Assembly (NCBI RefSeq): GCF_963921235.1
Contig: NC_086097.1
Coordinates: forward strand, 101,930,001 to 101,994,000
DNA from: Mobula hypostoma
Taxonomy: Eukaryota
Direction of reading: 5' to 3'
Length of the DNA stretch: 64,000 nt
Positions 61,933-64,000 of the stretch are shown here, piece by piece. The notes below the pieces were generated by a model that did no database searches, had not been told where the DNA came from, and saw only the letters and a program-made list of their open reading frames with translations. Within the stretch, counting starts at the first letter, position 1. Each line of letters begins with the position of its first letter. The position numbers and the translations under genes were made by a program.

Positions 61933-62949
61933 CCATTAATAATTCAAACAGTGTTGAGAGATATTTGCAAAAACAACTTGCATCATATCATAATGTGATG
62001 TAATAACTTGTCCCAAGTTTTATATTGAAATCATTCCTGTTTAATCTTAACGTTTGATTTCTCCATTTCTTAATCTGAGTAAATTCAAAGTAAACTCTCT
62101 TGCAAATGGAGTATCGATAAAATGCACTTGATTTTTTTCACGTTTTTTAACTTCTAATGTTTCCTTAAATATATGACACATTAATACAGGCTTTTTATTT
62201 GTCTGCTTTGGTATTCTGTAGAATTGCTGGTAGTCTTTCATTGAAATCTCTGGCAAGCACAGAAGAAACATTGACCATTAATTTATTATTGTGTTTATGA
62301 TCTGACAATGTTTGATCTAATGTTTCAGTGGCTGCTTTGGGAGCCATCGTGCATTCACCTTGATGATAAGTTTTTTATGATCTATTAGAACTTCTTCCAT
62401 TGCAGTCCCTTGATCAATGTTACACTTAGAGTCTCCACACTTGACAAATTTAAACAGAGTTTAAATCCCAAATATGCAGTATTTCCCCTGAACAACAGCT
62501 TTGAAGTAATGCCTTAAGATGCAACAATCACACCATTCATGTTTTGTCTTCGAACTTTAGCTGAAAGTGGATTAATAAGGAAATAATTTTCCATTCCATC
62601 AGGAGCAACCAAAAATATCATTGGTTGATCATCGTAAACAGCCTCTATGATAATATCAAAGGTATTTCTTTGATACTTTGCCAAACCTGTTTTTTCATCT
62701 CTCAGATAATTTGTCCAGCTGGTTTGAATTATTACTAGTTTCCCACAGAACAGTCATTTTCTTTTGTGGATTACTTCAATCAAAAGTACTTAGATGAGGT
62801 CCACTTTAGTACGTTCTAAATAGATTTTTCAAAAATCATCAATTTTCAATGAGTAAAATTAAAATTTGCCTCCCTTTGGGCTATAGATAACCTTTTTAAG
62901 GGAAAAAAGTGTGGTGCACATTTTTATGCAAAACTTACAAGCAGAGATT

Positions 62950-64000
62950 GCTTTATTACTGAGCTATGACAGTACTGAGGAGGAGGTAGCTGGGTTACAA
63001 ACAAAGGCAACATGTAGTGACTGCTAGCAAGAAGAGGTTGATGATAGAACAAAATTGTCAACAGGATGAGTTGCAATGTAAGAGGCAGATAAAATCAAAA
63101 AGGGTGAAGAATACAGGACTGACGGTGTTGTACTTGTATACACGCAGTATATGGAACTTGTAGCGCAGTTACAGATTGGGAAGCATGACATTGTGGGCAT
63201 CAGTGATTCATGGCTGAAAGAAGATTATAGCTGGGAGCTTAACGTCCAAGGATGCACATGGAAATGGCAAATGGAATATAGTTTAGGGAAGTGTATGGTC
63301 ATACACTTTGGTAGAAGGAATAACGGTATAGACTATTTTTTTAAATGGGGAGAAAATTCAAAACTCAGAAGTGGAAAGGGATTTGGGAGTCCTTGTGCAG
63401 GAATCCTTAAAGGTTAACTTGCAGACTGAATCGGTGGTAAAGAGGTAAATGCCAGGACAGCATCCATTTCAAGAGGACTGGAACATAAGACCAAGGATGT
63501 GATGCTGAGGCTTTATAAGGTATTGGTCAGACTGCACTGGAGTATTGTGAAGAGTTTTGGTCTCCTTATCTGAGAAAAGATATGCTGGCATTGGCAAGTG
63601 TTCAGGGGAAGTTCTAGGACTGCTTCAGGAATAAAAGGGTTAACAAATGAGGAGCACTGGGCCAGTATTCACTGGAGTTTAAAAGAATGAGGAGGGATCT
63701 CATTGAAACCTTTTGAATATTGAAAAGCCTAGATAGAGTGGATGTGGAGAGCTTGCTTCCACAGTGAGTGAGTCTAGGACCAGAGGGTAAGCTTCTGAAT
63801 AGAGGGATGTCCATTTAGAATAGAGATGAGGAGGAATTTCTTTAGCCAGAGGGTAGTGAATCTGTAGGATTCATTGCCACAGACAGCTGTGGAGCCCAAG
63901 TCACTGAGTATATTTAAAGAGGAGTTTGATGGGTTCTTGATCAATCTGGGCATCAGAGAAGGCAGCAGAATGGAGTTGAGAGCTATAATAAATCAGACAG
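62950..64000 (+). mobile_element. Decayed, internally deleted CR1 (endonuclease start fused to RT 3' part)
   Basis: ELVAQLQIGKHDIVGISDSWLKE joined to WQMEYSLGKCMVIHFGRRN, with RRMRRDLIETF-like sequence downstream. Confidence 0.8.

Larger units (their letters stand above)
58645..62880 (-). mobile_element. Fossil Helitron: PIF1 helicase half of RepHel plus 3' end, split by CR1, PLE and Rex1/L2 insertions
   Basis: Manual minus-strand translation gives colinear decayed PIF1 motifs: FLVAPDGMENYFLI, VIVAS*GITSKLLFRGNTAYLGFKL, KLII..ECTMAPKAA, VLARDFNERLPAI, VFANISQH..W, ERAIL, LSFALSINTAQGQ, LYIFTLDSKERNKVF. Hairpin ACCCAAGTAATGCTGGGT followed by GTAG near 58645. Confidence 0.85.

Noticed and set aside
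61933..62800. Cellular PIF1 gene or processed pseudogene
   Set aside because: Motif spacing, the short C-terminus and the downstream hairpin fit Helitron RepHel better, and the frame is heavily disrupted.

Overview
Repeat-saturated vertebrate genomic DNA. The mix of CR1, Rex1/Babar, Neptune-type Penelope and HE1-like SINE repeats suggests a cartilaginous fish, probably a ray (inference). I found no confident host protein-coding gene. The window is a stack of nested transposable elements: CR1 and Rex1/Babar LINE pieces, a decayed Gypsy provirus with a PNMA-like gag, solo LTRs, two hAT (Buster/Charlie-type) DNA transposons, tRNA-derived SINEs and Penelope-like elements (PLEs). It also holds large tandem arrays: a 26-bp minisatellite family (about 4.3 kb and 3 kb arrays), 48-bp and 49-bp minisatellites, and a ~17.6-kb satellite of ~41-bp units with higher-order repeats. 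Highlights that the ORF track does not show: (1) minimal hammerhead ribozymes in the PLE pseudo-LTRs (1085-1120 +, 33337-33372 -); (2) a fossil Helitron whose PIF1 helicase and 3' hairpin can be reassembled across three later insertions (58.6-62.9 kb); (3) two separate 48-bp minisatellites derived from LINE coding sequence; (4) a perfect 37-bp inverted repeat; (5) a candidate CTCF site. These match known element classes; I cannot claim a new biological system. The long repetitive ORFs are artefacts of the tandem repeats. Element boundaries were read by eye and are approximate unless a TIR or TSD is quoted.
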